64,000 bases of DNA from Azolla caroliniana (GCA_043228905.1 JBHGNT010000046.1:124001-188000); one strand, 5' to 3'; shown: positions 39,951 to 55,299, counted from the stretch's first letter. The notes: generated by a model from the letters alone, not told the origin. A program made the numbers and translations.

Positions 39951-42900
39951 TTCGCATGTTTGAACACGAAAATCCGATATCACACGAGCCAGGTATGAAC
40001 ATTTTCATTTACTCAAGGGCTCCTCTCAACTCACTCCTCAAATTTGCTAATTTCGTCATGTCTCTCGACCTGAGTTTCAAAATCTTGATTTTTTAATTCC
40101 ATATCATAGCTAGCGTTGTTAGCTTCGATTCGCATGTTTGAACACAAAAATCCGATATCACACTCGCCACGTATGAACATTTTAATTTTCCTACTAGCTC
40201 TTCCCAACTCACTCCTCAAATTTGGTAATTTCGTCATGTCTCTCGACCTGAGTTTCCAAATCTTACTTTTTTCATACCATATCATAGCTAGCGTTGTTAG
40301 CTTCGATTCGCATGTTTGAGCACAAAAATTCGATATCACAGGAGCCAGGTATGAACATTTTCATTTACTCAAGGGCTCCTCTCAACTCACTCCTCAAATT
40401 TGGTAATTTCGTCATGTCTCTCGACCTGAGTTTCAAAATCTTGATTTTTTAATTCCATATCATAGCTAGCGTTGTTAGCTTCGATTCGCATGTTTGAGCA
40501 CAAAAATACGATATCACAAGAGCCAGGTATGAACATTTTAATTTACCCAAGGGCTCCTCTCAACTCACTCCTCTAATTTGGTAATTTCGTCATGTCTCTG
40601 GACCTGAGTTTCAATATCTTCATTTTTTAATTCCATATCATAGCTAGCGTTGTTAGCTTCGATTCGCATGTTTGAACACAAAAATCCGATATCACACGAG
40701 CCACGTATGAACATTTTAATTTACTTCCCAGCTATTCTCAACTCACTCGTCAAATTTGGTAATTTCGTCATGTCTCTCGACCTGAGTTTCAAAATCTTGA
40801 TTTTTTAATTCAATATCATAGCTAGCGTTGTTAGCTTCGATTCGCATGTTTGAACACAAATATCCGATATCACACGAGCCAGGTATGAACATTTTAATTT
40901 ACTCAAGGGCTCCTTTCAACTCACTCCTGAAATTTGGTAATTTCATCATGTCTCTCGACCTGAGTTTCAAAATCTTGATTTTTTAATTCCATATCATAGC
41001 TAGCATTGTTAGCTTCGATTCGCATGTTTGAACACAAGAATACGATATTACACGAGCCAGGTATGAACATTGTATTTTACTCAAGGGCTCCTCTCAACTC
41101 CCTCCTAAAATTTGCTAATTTCGTCATGTCTCTCGACCTGAGTTTCAAAATCTTGATTTTTTAATTCCATATCATAGCTAGCGTTGTTAGCTTCGATTCG
41201 CATGTTTGAACACAAAAATCCGATATCACACTCGCCAGGTATGAACATTTTAATTTACTCAAGGGCTCCTCTCAACTCACTCCTCAAATTTGCTAATTTC
41301 GTCATGTCTCTCGACCTGAGTTTCAATATCTTGATTTTTTAATTCCATATCATAGCTAGCGTTGTTAGCTTCGATTCGCATGTTTGAACACGAAAATCCG
41401 ATATCACACGAGCCAGGTATGAACATTTTCATTTACTCAAGGGCTCCTCTCAACTCACTCCTCAAATTTGCTAATTTCGTCATGTCTCTCGACCTGAGTT
41501 TCAAAATCTTGATTTTTTAATTCCATATCATAGCTAGCGTTGTTAGCTTCGATTCGCATGTTTGAACACAAAAATCCGATATCACACTCGCCACGTATGA
41601 ACATTTTAATTTTCCTACTAGCTCTTCCCAACTCACTCCTCAAATTTGGTAATTTCGTCATGTCTCTCGACCTGAGTTTCCAAATCTTACTTTTTTCATA
41701 CCATATCATAGCTAGCGTTGTTAGCTTCGATTCGCATGTTTGAGCACAAAAATTCGATATCACAGGAGCCAGGTATGAACATTTTCATTTACTCAAGGGC
41801 TCCTCTCAACTCACTCCTCAAATTTGGTAATTTCGTCATGTCTCTCGACCTGAGTTTCAAAATCTTGATTTTTTAATTCCATATCATAGCTAGCGTTGTT
41901 AGCTTCGATTCGCATGTTTGAGCACAAAAATACGATATCACAAGAGCCAGGTATGAACATTTTAATTTACCCAAGGGCTCCTCTCAACTCACTCCTCTAA
42001 TTTGGTAATTTCGTCATGTCTCTGGACCTGAGTTTCAATATCTTCATTTTTTAATTCCATATCATAGCTAGCGTTGTTAGCTTCGATTCGCATGTTTGAA
42101 CACAAAAATCCGATATCACACGAGCCAGGTATAAAAATTTTAATTTACTCAAGGGCTCCTCCCAACTCACTCCTCAAATTTGGTAATTTCGTCATGTCTC
42201 TCGACCTGAGTTTCAAAATCTTGATTTTTTAATTCCATATCATAGCTAGCGTTGTTAGCTTCGATTCGCATGTTTGAACACAAAAATCCGATATCACACT
42301 CGCCAGGTATGAACATTTTAATTTTCCTACTAGCTCTTCCCAACTCACTCCGCAAATTTGGTAATTTCGTCATGTCTCTCGACCTGAGTTTCCAAATCTT
42401 GATTTTTTCATACAATATCATAGCTAGCGTTGTTAGCTTCGATTTGCATGTTTGAGCACAAAAATTCGATATCACACGAGCCAGGTATGAACATTTTAAT
42501 TTACTCAAGGGCTCCTCTCAACTCACTCCTGAAATTTGGTAATTTCATCATGTCTCTCGACCTGAGTTTCAAAATCTTGATTTTTTAATTCCATATCATA
42601 GCTAGCATTGTTAGCTTCGATTCGCATGTTTGAACAGAAAAATCCGATATTACACGAGCCAGGTATGAACATTGTATTTTACTCAAGGGCTCCTCTCAAC
42701 TCCCTCCTAAAATTTGGTAATTTCATCATGTCTTTCGACCTGAGTTTCAAAATCTCGATTTTTTAATTCCATATCATAGCTAGTGTTGTTAGCTTCGATT
42801 CGCATGTTTGACCACAAAAATCCGATATCACACGAGCCACGTATGAACATTTTAATTTACTTCCCAGCTATTCTCAACTCACTCGTCAAATTTGGTAATT

Positions 42901-45900
42901 TCGTCATGTCTCTCGACCTGAGTTTCAAAATCTTGATTTTTTAATTCAATATCATAGCTAGCGTTGTTAGCTTCGATTCGCATGTTTGAACACAAAAATC
43001 CGATATCACACGAGCCAGGTATGAACATTTTAATTTACTCAAGGGCTCCTTTCAACTCAGTCCTGAAATTTGGTAATTTCATCATGTCTCTCGACCTGAG
43101 TTTCAAAATCTTGATTTTTTAATTCCATATCATAGCTAGCGTTGTTAGCTTCGATTCGCATGTTTGAACACAAGAATACGATATTACACGAGCCAGGTAT
43201 GAACATTGTATTTTACTCAAGGGCTCCTCTCAACTCCCTCCTAAAATTTGGTAATTTCGTCATGTCTCTGGACCTGAGCTTCAAAATCTTGATTTTTTAA
43301 TTCCATATCATAGCTAGCGTTGTTAGCTTCGATTCGCATGTTTGAACCCAAAAATCCGATATCACACTCGCCAGGTATGAACATTTTACTTTACTCAAGG
43401 GCTCCTCCCAACTCACTTCTCAAATTTGGTAATTTCGTCATGTCTCTCGACCTGAGTTTCAAAATCTTGATTTTTTAATTCCATATCATAGCTAGCGTTG
43501 TTAGCTTCGATTCGCATGTTTGAACACAAAAATCCGATATCACACTCGCCGGGTATGAACATTTTAATTTTCCTACTAGCTCTTCCCAACTCACTCCGCA
43601 AATTTGGTAATTTCGTCATGTCTCTCGACCTGAGTTTCCAAATCTTGATTTTTTCATACCATATCATAGCTAGCGTTGTTAGCTTCGATTTGCATGTTTG
43701 AGCACAAAAATTCGATATCACACGAGCTAGGTATGAACATTTTAATTTACTCAAGGGCTCCTCTCAACTCACTCCTCAAATTTGGTAATTTCGTCATGTC
43801 TCTCGACCTGAGTTTCAAAATCTTGATTTTTTAAATCTATATCATAGCTAGCGTTGTTAGCTTCGATTCGCATGTTTGACCACAAAAATCCGATATCACA
43901 CGAGCAACGTATGAACATTTTGTTTTACTCAAGGGCTCTTCTCAACTCCCTCCTCATGTTTGGTAATTTCGTCATGTCTCTCGACCTGAGTGTCAAAATC
44001 TTGATTTTTTAATTCCATATTATAGCTAGCGCTGTTAGCTTCGATTCGCATGTTTGAACACAAAAATCCGATATCACACGAGCCAGGTATGAACATTTTA
44101 ATTTACTCAAGGGCTCCTCCCAACTCACTCGTCAAATTTTGTAATTTCGTCATGTCTCTCGACCTGAGTTTCATAATCTTGATTTTTTAATTCCATATCA
44201 TAGCTAGCGTTGTTAGCTTCGATTCGCATGTTTGAACAGAAAAATCCGATATTACACGAGCCAGGTATGAGCATTGTATTTTACTCAAGGGCTCTTCTCA
44301 ACTCCCTCCTCATGTTTGGTAGTTTCGTCATGTCTCTCGACCTGAGTTTCAAAATCTTGATTTTTTAATTCCATATCATAGCTAGCGCTGTTAGCTTCGA
44401 TTCGCATGTTTGAACACAAAAATCCGATATCACACGAGAAAGGTATGAACATTTTGTTTTACTCAAGGGCTCTTCTCAACTCCCTCCTCATGTTTGGTAA
44501 TTTCGTCATGTCTTTCGACCTGAGTTTCAAAATCTCGATTTTTTAATTCCATATCATAGCTAGTGTTGTTAGCTTCGATTCGCATGTTTGACCACAAAAA
44601 TCCGATATCACACGAGCCACGTATGAACATTTTAATTTACCTCCAAGCTACTCTCAACTCCCTCCTAAAATTTGGTATTTTCATCATGTCTTTCGACCTG
44701 AGTTTCAAAATCTTGATTTTTTAATTCCATATCATAGGTAGCGCTGTTAGCTTCGATTCGCATGTTTGATCACAAAAATCCGATATCACACGAGCCAGGT
44801 ATGAACATTTTAATTTTCCTACTAGCTCTTCCCAACTCACTCCTCAAATTTGGTAATTTCGTCATGTCTCTCGACCTGAGTTTCCAAATCTTGATTTTTT
44901 CATACCATATCATAGCTAGCGTTGTTAGCTTCGATTTGCATGTTTGAGCACAAAAATTCGATATCACACGAGCTAGGTATGAACATTTTAATTTACTCAA
45001 GGGCTCCTCCGAACTCACTCGTCAAATTTGGTAATTTTGTCATGTCTCTCGACTGAATTTCATAATCTTGATTTTTTAATTCCATATCATAGCTAGCGTT
45101 GTTAGCTTCGATTCGCATGTTTGAACACAAAAATCCGATATCACACTCGCCAGGTATGAACATTTTCATTTTCCTACTAGCTCTTCCCAACTCACTCCTC
45201 AAATTTGGTAATTTCGTCATGTCTCTCGACCTGAGTTTCCAAATCTTAATTTTTTCATACCATATCATAGCTAGCGTTGTTAGCTTCGATTCGCATGTTT
45301 GAGCACAAAAATCCGATATGACACGAGCCAGGTATGAACATTTTAATTTACTCAAGGGCTCCTCCCAATTCACTCCTCAAATTTGCTAATTTCGTCAGGT
45401 CTCTCGACCTGAGTTTCATAATCTTGATTTTTTAATTCCATATCATAGCTAGCGTTGTTAGCTTCGATTCGCATGTTTGAACAGAAAAATCCGATATTAC
45501 ACGAGCCAGGTATGAGCATTGTATTTTACTCAAGGGCTCTTCTCAACTCCCTCCTCATGTTTGGTAGTTTCGTCATGTCTCTCGACCTGAGTTTCAAAAT
45601 CTTGATTTTTTAATTCCATATCATAGCTAGCGCTGTTAGCTTCGATTCGCATGTTTGAACACAAAAATCCGATATCACACGAGCAAGGTATGAACATTTT
45701 GTTTTACTCAAGGGCTCTTCTCAACTCCCTCCTCATGTTTGGTAATTTCATCATGTCTTTCGACCTGAGTTTCAAAATCTTGATTTTTTAATTCCATATG
45801 ATAGCTAGCGCTGTTAGCTTCGATTCGCATGTTTGAACACAAAAATCCGATATCACACGAGCCAGGTATGAACATTTTAATTTACTCAAGGGCTCCTCCC

Positions 45901-48900
45901 AACTCACTCCTCAAATTTGCTAATTTCGTCATGTCTCTCGACCTGAGTTTCAAAATCTTGATTTTTTAATTCCATATCATAGCTAGCGTTGTTAGCTTCG
46001 ATTCGCATGTTTGAACACAAAAATCCGATATCACACTCGCCACGTATGAACATTTTAATTTTCCTACTCTCTCTTCCCAACTCACTCCGCAAATTTGGTA
46101 ATTTCGTCATGTCTCTCGACCTGAGTTTCCAAATCTTGATTTTTTCAGACAATATCATAGCTAGCGTTGTTAGCTTCGATTTGCATGTTTGAGCACAAAA
46201 ATTCGATATCACACGAGCCAGGTATGAACATTTTAATTTACTCAAGGGCTCCTCTCAACTCACTCCTCAAATTTGGTAATTTCGTCATGTCTCTCGACCT
46301 GAGTTTCAAAATCTTGATTTTTTAATTCTATATCATAGCTAGCGTTGTTAGCTTCGATTCGCATGTTTGACCACAAAAATCCGATATCACACGAGCCAGG
46401 TATGAACATTGTATTTTATTCAAGGGCTCCTCTCATCTCCCTCCTAAAATTTAGTAATTTCATCATGTCTTTCGACCTGAGTTTCAAAATCTTGATTTTT
46501 TAATTCCATATGATAGCTAGCGTTGTTAGCTTCGATTCGCATGTTTGCACACAAAAATCCGATATCACACGAGCCAGGTATGAACATTTTAATTTACTCA
46601 AGGGCTCCTCCCAACTCACTCCTCAAATTTGGTAATTTCGTCATGTCTCTCGACCTGAGTTTCAAAATCTTGATTTTTTAATTCCATATCATAGCTAGCG
46701 TTGTTAGCTTCGATTCGCATGTTTGAACACAAAAATCCGATATCACACTCGCCAGGTATGAACATTTTAATTTACCTCCAAGCTATTCTCAACTCACTCG
46801 TCAAATTTGGTAATTTCATCATGTCTTTCGACCTGAGTTTCAAAATCTCGATTTTTTAATTCCATATCATAGCTAGTGTTGTTAGCTTCGATTCGCATGT
46901 TTGATCACAAAAATCCGATATCACACTCGCCACGTATGAACATTTTAATTTTCCTACTAGGTCTTCCCAACTCACTCCTCAAATTTGGTAATTTCGTCAT
47001 GTCTCTCGACCTGAGTTTCCAAATCTTAATTTTTTAATTCCATATCATAGGTAGCGTTGTTAGCTTCGATTCGCATGTTTGACCACAAAAATCCGATATC
47101 ACACGAGCCAGGTATGAACATTGTATTTTACTCAAGGGCTCCTCTCAACTCCCTCCTAAAATTTGGTAATTTCATCATGTCTCTGGACCTGAGTTTCAAT
47201 ATCTTGATTTTTTAATTCCATATCATAGCTAGCGTTGTTAGCTTCGATTCGCAGGTTTGAACACAAAAATCCGATATCACACGAGCCAGGTATGAACATT
47301 TTAATTTACTCAAGGGCTCCTCCGAACTCACTCGTCAAATTTGGTAATTTCATCATGTCTCTCGACCTGAGTTTCAAAATCTTGATTTTTTAATTCCATA
47401 TCATAGCTAGCGTTGTTAGCTTCGATTCGCATGTTTGAACACAAAAATCCGATATCACACTCGCCACGTATGAACATTTTAATTTTCCTACTAGCTCTTC
47501 CCAACTCACTCCGCAAATTTGGTAATTTCGTCATGTCTCTCGACCTGAGTTTCCAAATCTTGATTTTTTCATACAATATCATAGCTAGCGTTGTTAGCTT
47601 CGATTTGCATGTTTGAGCACAAAAATTCGATATCACACGAGCCAGGTATGAACATTTTAATTTACTCAAGGGCTCCTCTCAACTCACTCCTGAAATTTGG
47701 TAATTTCATCATGTCTCTCGACCTGAGTTTCAAAATCTTGATTTTTTAATTCCATATCATAGCTAGCATTGTTAGCTTCGATTCGCATGTTTGAACACAA
47801 GAATACGATATTACACGAGCCAGGTATGAACATTGTATTTTACTCAAGGGCTCCTCTCAACTCCCTCCTAAAATTTGCTAATTTCGTCATGTCTCTCGAC
47901 CTGAGTTTCAAAATCTTGATTTTTTAATTCCATATCATAGCTAGCGTTGTTAGCTTCGATTCGCATGTTTGAACACAAAAATCCGATATCACACTCGCCA
48001 GGTATGAACATTTTAATTTACTCAAGGGCTCCTCTCAACTCACTCCTCAAATTTGCTAATTTCGTCATGTCTCTCGACCTGAGTTTCAAAATCTTGATTT
48101 TTTAATTCCATATCATAGCTAGCGTTGTTAGCTTCGATTCGCATGTTTGAACACGAAAATCCGATATCACACGAGCCAGGTATGAACATTTTCATTTACT
48201 CAAGGGCTCCTCTCAACTCACTCCTCAAATTTGCTAATTTCGTCATGTCTCTCGACCTGAGTTTCAAAATCTTGATTTTTTAATTCCATATCATAGCTAG
48301 CGTTGTTAGCTTCGATTCGCATGTTTGAACACAAAAATCCGATATCACACTCGCCACGTATGAACATTTTAATTTTCCTACTAGCTCTTCCCAACTCACT
48401 CCTCAAATTTGGTAATTTCGTCATGTCTCTCGACCTGAGTTTCCAAATCTTACTTTTTTCATACCATATCATAGCTAGCGTTGTTAGCTTCGATTCGCAT
48501 GTTTGAGCACAAAAATTCGATATCACAGGAGCCAGGTATGAACATTTTCATTTACTCAAGGGCTCCTCTCAACTCACTCCTCAAATTTGGTAATTTCGTC
48601 ATGTCTCTCGACCTGAGTTTCAAAATCTTGATTTTTTAATTCCATATCATAGCTAGCGTTGTTAGCTTCGATTCGCATGTTTGAGCACAAAAATACGATA
48701 TCACAAGAGCCAGGTATGAACATTTTAATTTACCCAAGGGCTCCTCTCAACTCACTCCTCTAATTTGGTAATTTCGTCATGTCTCTGGACCTGAGTTTCA
48801 ATATCTTCATTTTTTAATTCCATATCATAGCTAGCGTTGTTAGCTTCGATTCGCATGTTTGAACACAAAAATCCGATATCACACGAGCCACGTATGAACA

Positions 48901-51900
48901 TTTTAATTTACTTCCCAGCTATTCTCAACTCACTCGTCAAATTTGGTAATTTCGTCATGTCTCTCGACCTGAGTTTCAAAATCTTGATTTTTTAATTCAA
49001 TATCATAGCTAGCGTTGTTAGCTTCGATTCGCATGTTTGAACACAAATATCCGATATCACACGAGCCAGGTATGAACATTTTAATTTACTCAAGGGCTCC
49101 TTTCAACTCACTCCTGAAATTTGGTAATTTCATCATGTCTCTCGACCTGAGTTTCAAAATCTTGATTTTTTAATTCCATATCATAGCTAGCATTGTTAGC
49201 TTCGATTCGCATGTTTGAACACAAGAATACGATATTACACGAGCCAGGTATGAACATTGTATTTTACTCAAGGGCTCCTCTCAACTCCCTCCTAAAATTT
49301 GCTAATTTCGTCATGTCTCTCGACCTGAGTTTCAAAATCTTGATTTTTTAATTCCATATCATAGCTAGCGTTGTTAGCTTCGATTCGCATGTTTGAACAC
49401 AAAAATCCGATATCACACTCGCCAGGTATGAACATTTTAATTTACTCAAGGGCTCCTCTCAACTCACTCCTCAAATTTGCTAATTTCGTCATGTCTCTCG
49501 ACCTGAGTTTCAATATCTTGATTTTTTAATTCCATATCATAGCTAGCGTTGTTAGCTTCGATTCGCATGTTTGAACACGAAAATCCGATATCACACGAGC
49601 CAGGTATGAACATTTTCATTTACTCAAGGGCTCCTCTCAACTCACTCCTCAAATTTGCTAATTTCGTCATGTCTCTCGACCTGAGTTTCAAAATCTTGAT
49701 TTTTTAATTCCATATCATAGCTAGCGTTGTTAGCTTCGATTCGCATGTTTGAACACAAAAATCCGATATCACACTCGCCACGTATGAACATTTTAATTTT
49801 CCTACTAGCTCTTCCCAACTCACTCCTCAAATTTGGTAATTTCGTCATGTCTCTCGACCTGAGTTTCCAAATCTTACTTTTTTCATACCATATCATAGCT
49901 AGCGTTGTTAGCTTCGATTCGCATGTTTGAGCACAAAAATTCGATATCACAGGAGCCAGGTATGAACATTTTCATTTACTCAAGGGCTCCTCTCAACTCA
50001 CTCCTCAAATTTGGTAATTTCGTCATGTCTCTCGACCTGAGTTTCAAAATCTTGATTTTTTAATTCCATATCATAGCTAGCGTTGTTAGCTTCGATTCGC
50101 ATGTTTGAGCACAAAAATACGATATCACAAGAGCCAGGTATGAACATTTTAATTTACCCAAGGGCTCCTCTCAACTCACTCCTCTAATTTGGTAATTTCG
50201 TCATGTCTCTGGACCTGAGTTTCAATATCTTCATTTTTTAATTCCATATCATAGCTAGCGTTGTTAGCTTCGATTCGCATGTTTGAACACAAAAATCCGA
50301 TATCACACGAGCCAGGTATAAAAATTTTAATTTACTCAAGGGCTCCTCCCAACTCACTCCTCAAATTTGGTAATTTCGTCATGTCTCTCGACCTGAGTTT
50401 CAAAATCTTGATTTTTTAATTCCATATCATAGCTAGCGTTGTTAGCTTCGATTCGCATGTTTGAACACAAAAATCCGATATCACACTCGCCAGGTATGAA
50501 CATTTTAATTTTCCTACTAGCTCTTCCCAACTCACTCCGCAAATTTGGTAATTTCGTCATGTCTCTCGACCTGAGTTTCCAAATCTTGATTTTTTCATAC
50601 AATATCATAGCTAGCGTTGTTAGCTTCGATTTGCATGTTTGAGCACAAAAATTCGATATCACACGAGCCAGGTATGAACATTTTAATTTACTCAAGGGCT
50701 CCTCTCAACTCACTCCTGAAATTTGGTAATTTCATCATGTCTCTCGACCTGAGTTTCAAAATCTTGATTTTTTAATTCCATATCATAGCTAGCATTGTTA
50801 GCTTCGATTCGCATGTTTGAACAGAAAAATCCGATATTACACGAGCCAGGTATGAACATTGTATTTTACTCAAGGGCTCCTCTCAACTCCCTCCTAAAAT
50901 TTGGTAATTTCATCATGTCTTTCGACCTGAGTTTCAAAATCTCGATTTTTTAATTCCATATCATAGCTAGTGTTGTTAGCTTCGATTCGCATGTTTGACC
51001 ACAAAAATCCGATATCACACGAGCCACGTATGAACATTTTAATTTACTTCCCAGCTATTCTCAACTCACTCGTCAAATTTGGTAATTTCGTCATGTCTCT
51101 CGACCTGAGTTTCAAAATCTTGATTTTTTAATTCAATATCATAGCTAGCGTTGTTAGCTTCGATTCGCATGTTTGAACACAAAAATCCGATATCACACGA
51201 GCCAGGTATGAACATTTTAATTTACTCAAGGGCTCCTTTCAACTCAGTCCTGAAATTTGGTAATTTCATCATGTCTCTCGACCTGAGTTTCAAAATCTTG
51301 ATTTTTTAATTCCATATCATAGCTAGCGTTGTTAGCTTCGATTCGCATGTTTGAACACAAGAATACGATATTACACGAGCCAGGTATGAACATTGTATTT
51401 TACTCAAGGGCTCCTCTCAACTCCCTCCTAAAATTTGGTAATTTCGTCATGTCTCTGGACCTGAGCTTCAAAATCTTGATTTTTTAATTCCATATCATAG
51501 CTAGCGTTGTTAGCTTCGATTCGCATGTTTGAACCCAAAAATCCGATATCACACTCGCCAGGTATGAACATTTTACTTTACTCAAGGGCTCCTCCCAACT
51601 CACTTCTCAAATTTGGTAATTTCGTCATGTCTCTCGACCTGAGTTTCAAAATCTTGATTTTTTAATTCCATATCATAGCTAGCGTTGTTAGCTTCGATTC
51701 GCATGTTTGAACACAAAAATCCGATATCACACTCGCCGGGTATGAACATTTTAATTTTCCTACTAGCTCTTCCCAACTCACTCCGCAAATTTGGTAATTT
51801 CGTCATGTCTCTCGACCTGAGTTTCCAAATCTTGATTTTTTCATACCATATCATAGCTAGCGTTGTTAGCTTCGATTTGCATGTTTGAGCACAAAAATTC

Positions 51901-53936
51901 GATATCACACGAGCTAGGTATGAACATTTTAATTTACTCAAGGGCTCCTCTCAACTCACTCCTCAAATTTGGTAATTTCGTCATGTCTCTCGACCTGAGT
52001 TTCAAAATCTTGATTTTTTAAATCTATATCATAGCTAGCGTTGTTAGCTTCGATTCGCATGTTTGACCACAAAAATCCGATATCACACGAGCAACGTATG
52101 AACATTTTGTTTTACTCAAGGGCTCTTCTCAACTCCCTCCTCATGTTTGGTAATTTCGTCCTGTCTCTCGACCTGAGTGTCAAAATCTTGATTTTTTAAT
52201 TCCATATTATAGCTAGCGCTGTTAGCTTCGATTCGCATGTTTGAACACAAAAATCCGATATCACACGAGCCAGGTATGAACATTTTAATTTACTCAAGGG
52301 CTCCTCCCAACTCACTCGTCAAATTTTGTAATTTCGTCATGTCTCTCGACCTGAGTTTCATAATCTTGATTTTTTAATTCCATATCATAGCTAGCGTTGT
52401 TAGCTTCGATTCGCATGTTTGAACAGAAAAATCCGATATTACACGAGCCAGGTATGAGCATTGTATTTTACTCAAGGGCTCTTCTCAACTCCCTCCTCAT
52501 GTTTGGTAGTTTCGTCATGTCTCTCGACCTGAGTTTCAAAATCTTGATTTTTTAATTCCATATCATAGCTAGCGCTGTTAGCTTCGATTCGCATGTTTGA
52601 ACACAAAAATCCGATATCACACGAGAAAGGTATGAACATTTTGTTTTACTCAAGGGCTCTTCTCAACTCCCTCCTCATGTTTGGTAATTTCGTCATGTCT
52701 TTCGACCTGAGTTTCAAAATCTCGATTTTTTAATTCCATATCATAGCTAGTGTTGTTAGCTTCGATTCGCATGTTTGACCACAAAAAGCCGATATCACAC
52801 GAGCCATGTATGAACATTTTAATTTACCTCCAAGCTACTCTCAACTCCCTCCTAAAATTTGGTATTTTCATCATGTCTTTCGACCTGAGTTTCAAAATCT
52901 TGATTTTTTAATTCCATATCATAGGTAGCGCTGTTAGCTTCGATTCGCATGTTTGATCACAAAAATCCGATATCACACGAGCCAGGTATGAACATTTTAA
53001 TTTTCCTACTAGCTCTTCCCAACTCACTCCTCAAATTTGGTAATTTCGTCATGTCTCTCGACCTGAGTTTCCAAATCTTGATTTTTTCATACCATATCAT
53101 AGCTAGCGTTGTTAGCTTCGATTTGCATGTTTGAGCACAAAAATTCGATATCACACGAGCTAGGTATGAACATTTTAATTTACTCAAGGGCTCCTCCGAA
53201 CTCACTCGTCAAATTTGGTAATTTTGTCATGTCTCTCGACTGAATTTCATAATCTTGATTTTTTAATTCCATATCATAGCTAGCGTTGTTAGCTTCGATT
53301 CGCATGTTTGAACACAAAAATCCGATATCACACTCGCCAGGTATGAACATTTTCATTTTCCTACTAGCTCTTCCCAACTCACTCCTCAAATTTGGTAATT
53401 TCGTCATGTCTCTCGACCTGAGTTTCCAAATCTTAATTTTTTCATACCATATCATAGCTAGCGTTGTTAGCTTCGATTCGCATGTTTGAGCACAAAAATC
53501 CGATATGACACGAGCCAGGTATGAACATTTTAATTTACTCAAGGGCTCCTCCCAATTCACTCCTCAAATTTGCTAATTTCGTCAGGTCTCTCGACCTGAG
53601 TTTCATAATCTTGATTTTTTAATTCCATATCATAGCTAGCGTTGTTAGCTTCGATTCGCATGTTTGAACAGAAAAATCCGATATTACACGAGCCAGGTAT
53701 GAGCATTGTATTTTACTCAAGGGCTCTTCTCAACTCCCTCCTCATGTTTGGTAGTTTCGTCATGTCTCTCGACCTGAGTTTCAAAATCTTGATTTTTTAA
53801 TTCCATATCATAGCTAGCGCTGTTAGCTTCGATTCGCATGTTTGAACACAAAAATCCGATATCACACGAGCAAGGTATGAACATTTTGTTTTACTCAAGG
53901 GCTCTTCTCAACTCCCTCCTCATGTTTGGTAATTTC
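37551..53936 (+). repeat. Tandem duplication of a 46-monomer (8,187 bp = 46x178 - 1) unit
   Basis: Pairs 37802/45989, 40116/48303, 42252/50439, 43498/51685 and 45099/53286. Flanking SNPs place the junction at 45738-45749. Confidence 0.9.
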
Positions 53937-54740
53937 GTCATGTCTTTCGACCTGAGTTTCAAAATCTCGATTTTTTAATTCCATATCATAGCTAGTGTTG
54001 TTAGCTTCGATTCGCATGTTTGACCACAAAAATCCGATATCACACGAGCCACGTATGAACATTTTAATTTACCTCCAAGCTACTCTCAACTCCCTCCTAA
54101 AATTTGGTAATTTCATCATGTCTTTCGACCTGAGTTTCAAAATCTTGATTTTTTAATTCCATATCATAGGTAGCGCTGTTAGCTTCGATTCGCATGTTTG
54201 ATCACAAAAATCCGATATCACACGAGCCAGGTATGAACATTTTAATTTTCCTACTAGCTCTTCCCAACTCACTCCGCAAATTTGGTAATTTCGTCATGTC
54301 TCTCGACCTGAGTTTCCAAATCTTGATTTTTTCATACCATATCATAGCTAGCGTTGTTAGCTTCGATTTGCATGTTTGAGCACAAAAATTCGATATCACA
54401 CGAGCTAGGTATGAACATTTTAATTTACTCAAGGGCTCCTCCGAACTCACTCGTCAAATTTGGTAATTTTGTCATGTCTCTCGACTGAATTTCATAATCT
54501 TGATTTTTTAATTCCATATCATAGCTAGCGTTGTTAGCTTCGATTCGCATGTTTGAACACAAAAATCCGATATCACACTCGCCAGGTATGAACATTTTCA
54601 TTTTCCTACTAGCTCTTCCCAACTCACTCCTCAAATTTGGTAATTTCGTCATGTCTCTCGACCTGAGTTTCCAAATCTTAATTTTTTCATACCATATCAT
54701 AGCTAGCGTTGTTAGCTTCGATTCGCATGTTTGAGCACAA
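52350..54740 (+). repeat. 7-mer (1,245 bp = 7x178 - 1) higher-order repeat containing a 177-bp monomer; a partial run also lies at about 44160-45737
   Basis: ATGAGCATTG occurs at about 44271/45516 and about 52458/53703. The 1-bp deletion GACTGAATTTC is at about 45051, 53238 and 54483. ORF pairs are 52949/54194 and 53286/54531. Confidence 0.85.
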
Positions 54741-55299
54741 AAATTCGATATCACACGAGCCAGGTATGAACATTTTAATTTACTCAAGGGCTCCTCTCAA
54801 CTCACTCCTCAAATTTGGTAATTTCGTCATGTCTCTCGACCTGAGTTTCAAAATCTTGATTTTTTAATTCCATATCATAGCTAACGTTGTTAGCTTCGAT
54901 TCGCAAGTTTGAGCACAAAAATTCGATATCACACAAGCCAGGTATGAACATTTTAATTTACTCAAGGGCTCCTCTCAACTCACTCCTCTAATTTGGTAAT
55001 TTCGTCATGTCTCTGGACCTGAGTTTCAATATCTTCATTTTTTAATTCCATATCATAGCTAGTGTTGTTAGCTTCGATTCGCATGTTTGAACACAAAAAT
55101 CCGATATCACACGAGCCAGGTATGAACATTTTAATTTTCCTCCAAGCTACTCTCAACTCCCTCCTAAAATTTGGTAATTTCATCATGTCTCTCGACCTGA
55201 GTTTCAAAATCTTGATTTTTTAATTCCATATCATAGCTAGCGTTGTTAGCTTCGATTCGCATGTTTGAACACAAAAATCCGATATCACACGTGCAAGGT

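Larger units (their letters stand above)
20950..43760 (+). repeat. Tandem duplication of a 53-monomer (9,434 bp) unit; the second copy is expanded by an internal duplication
   Basis: ORF and SNP pairs at +9434: 21426/30860, 22850/32284, 24452/33886, 25876/35310. Pairs at +13350 (= 9434+3916): 26766/40116, 28902/42252, 30148/43498. The junction is at about 30380-30412. Confidence 0.9.
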
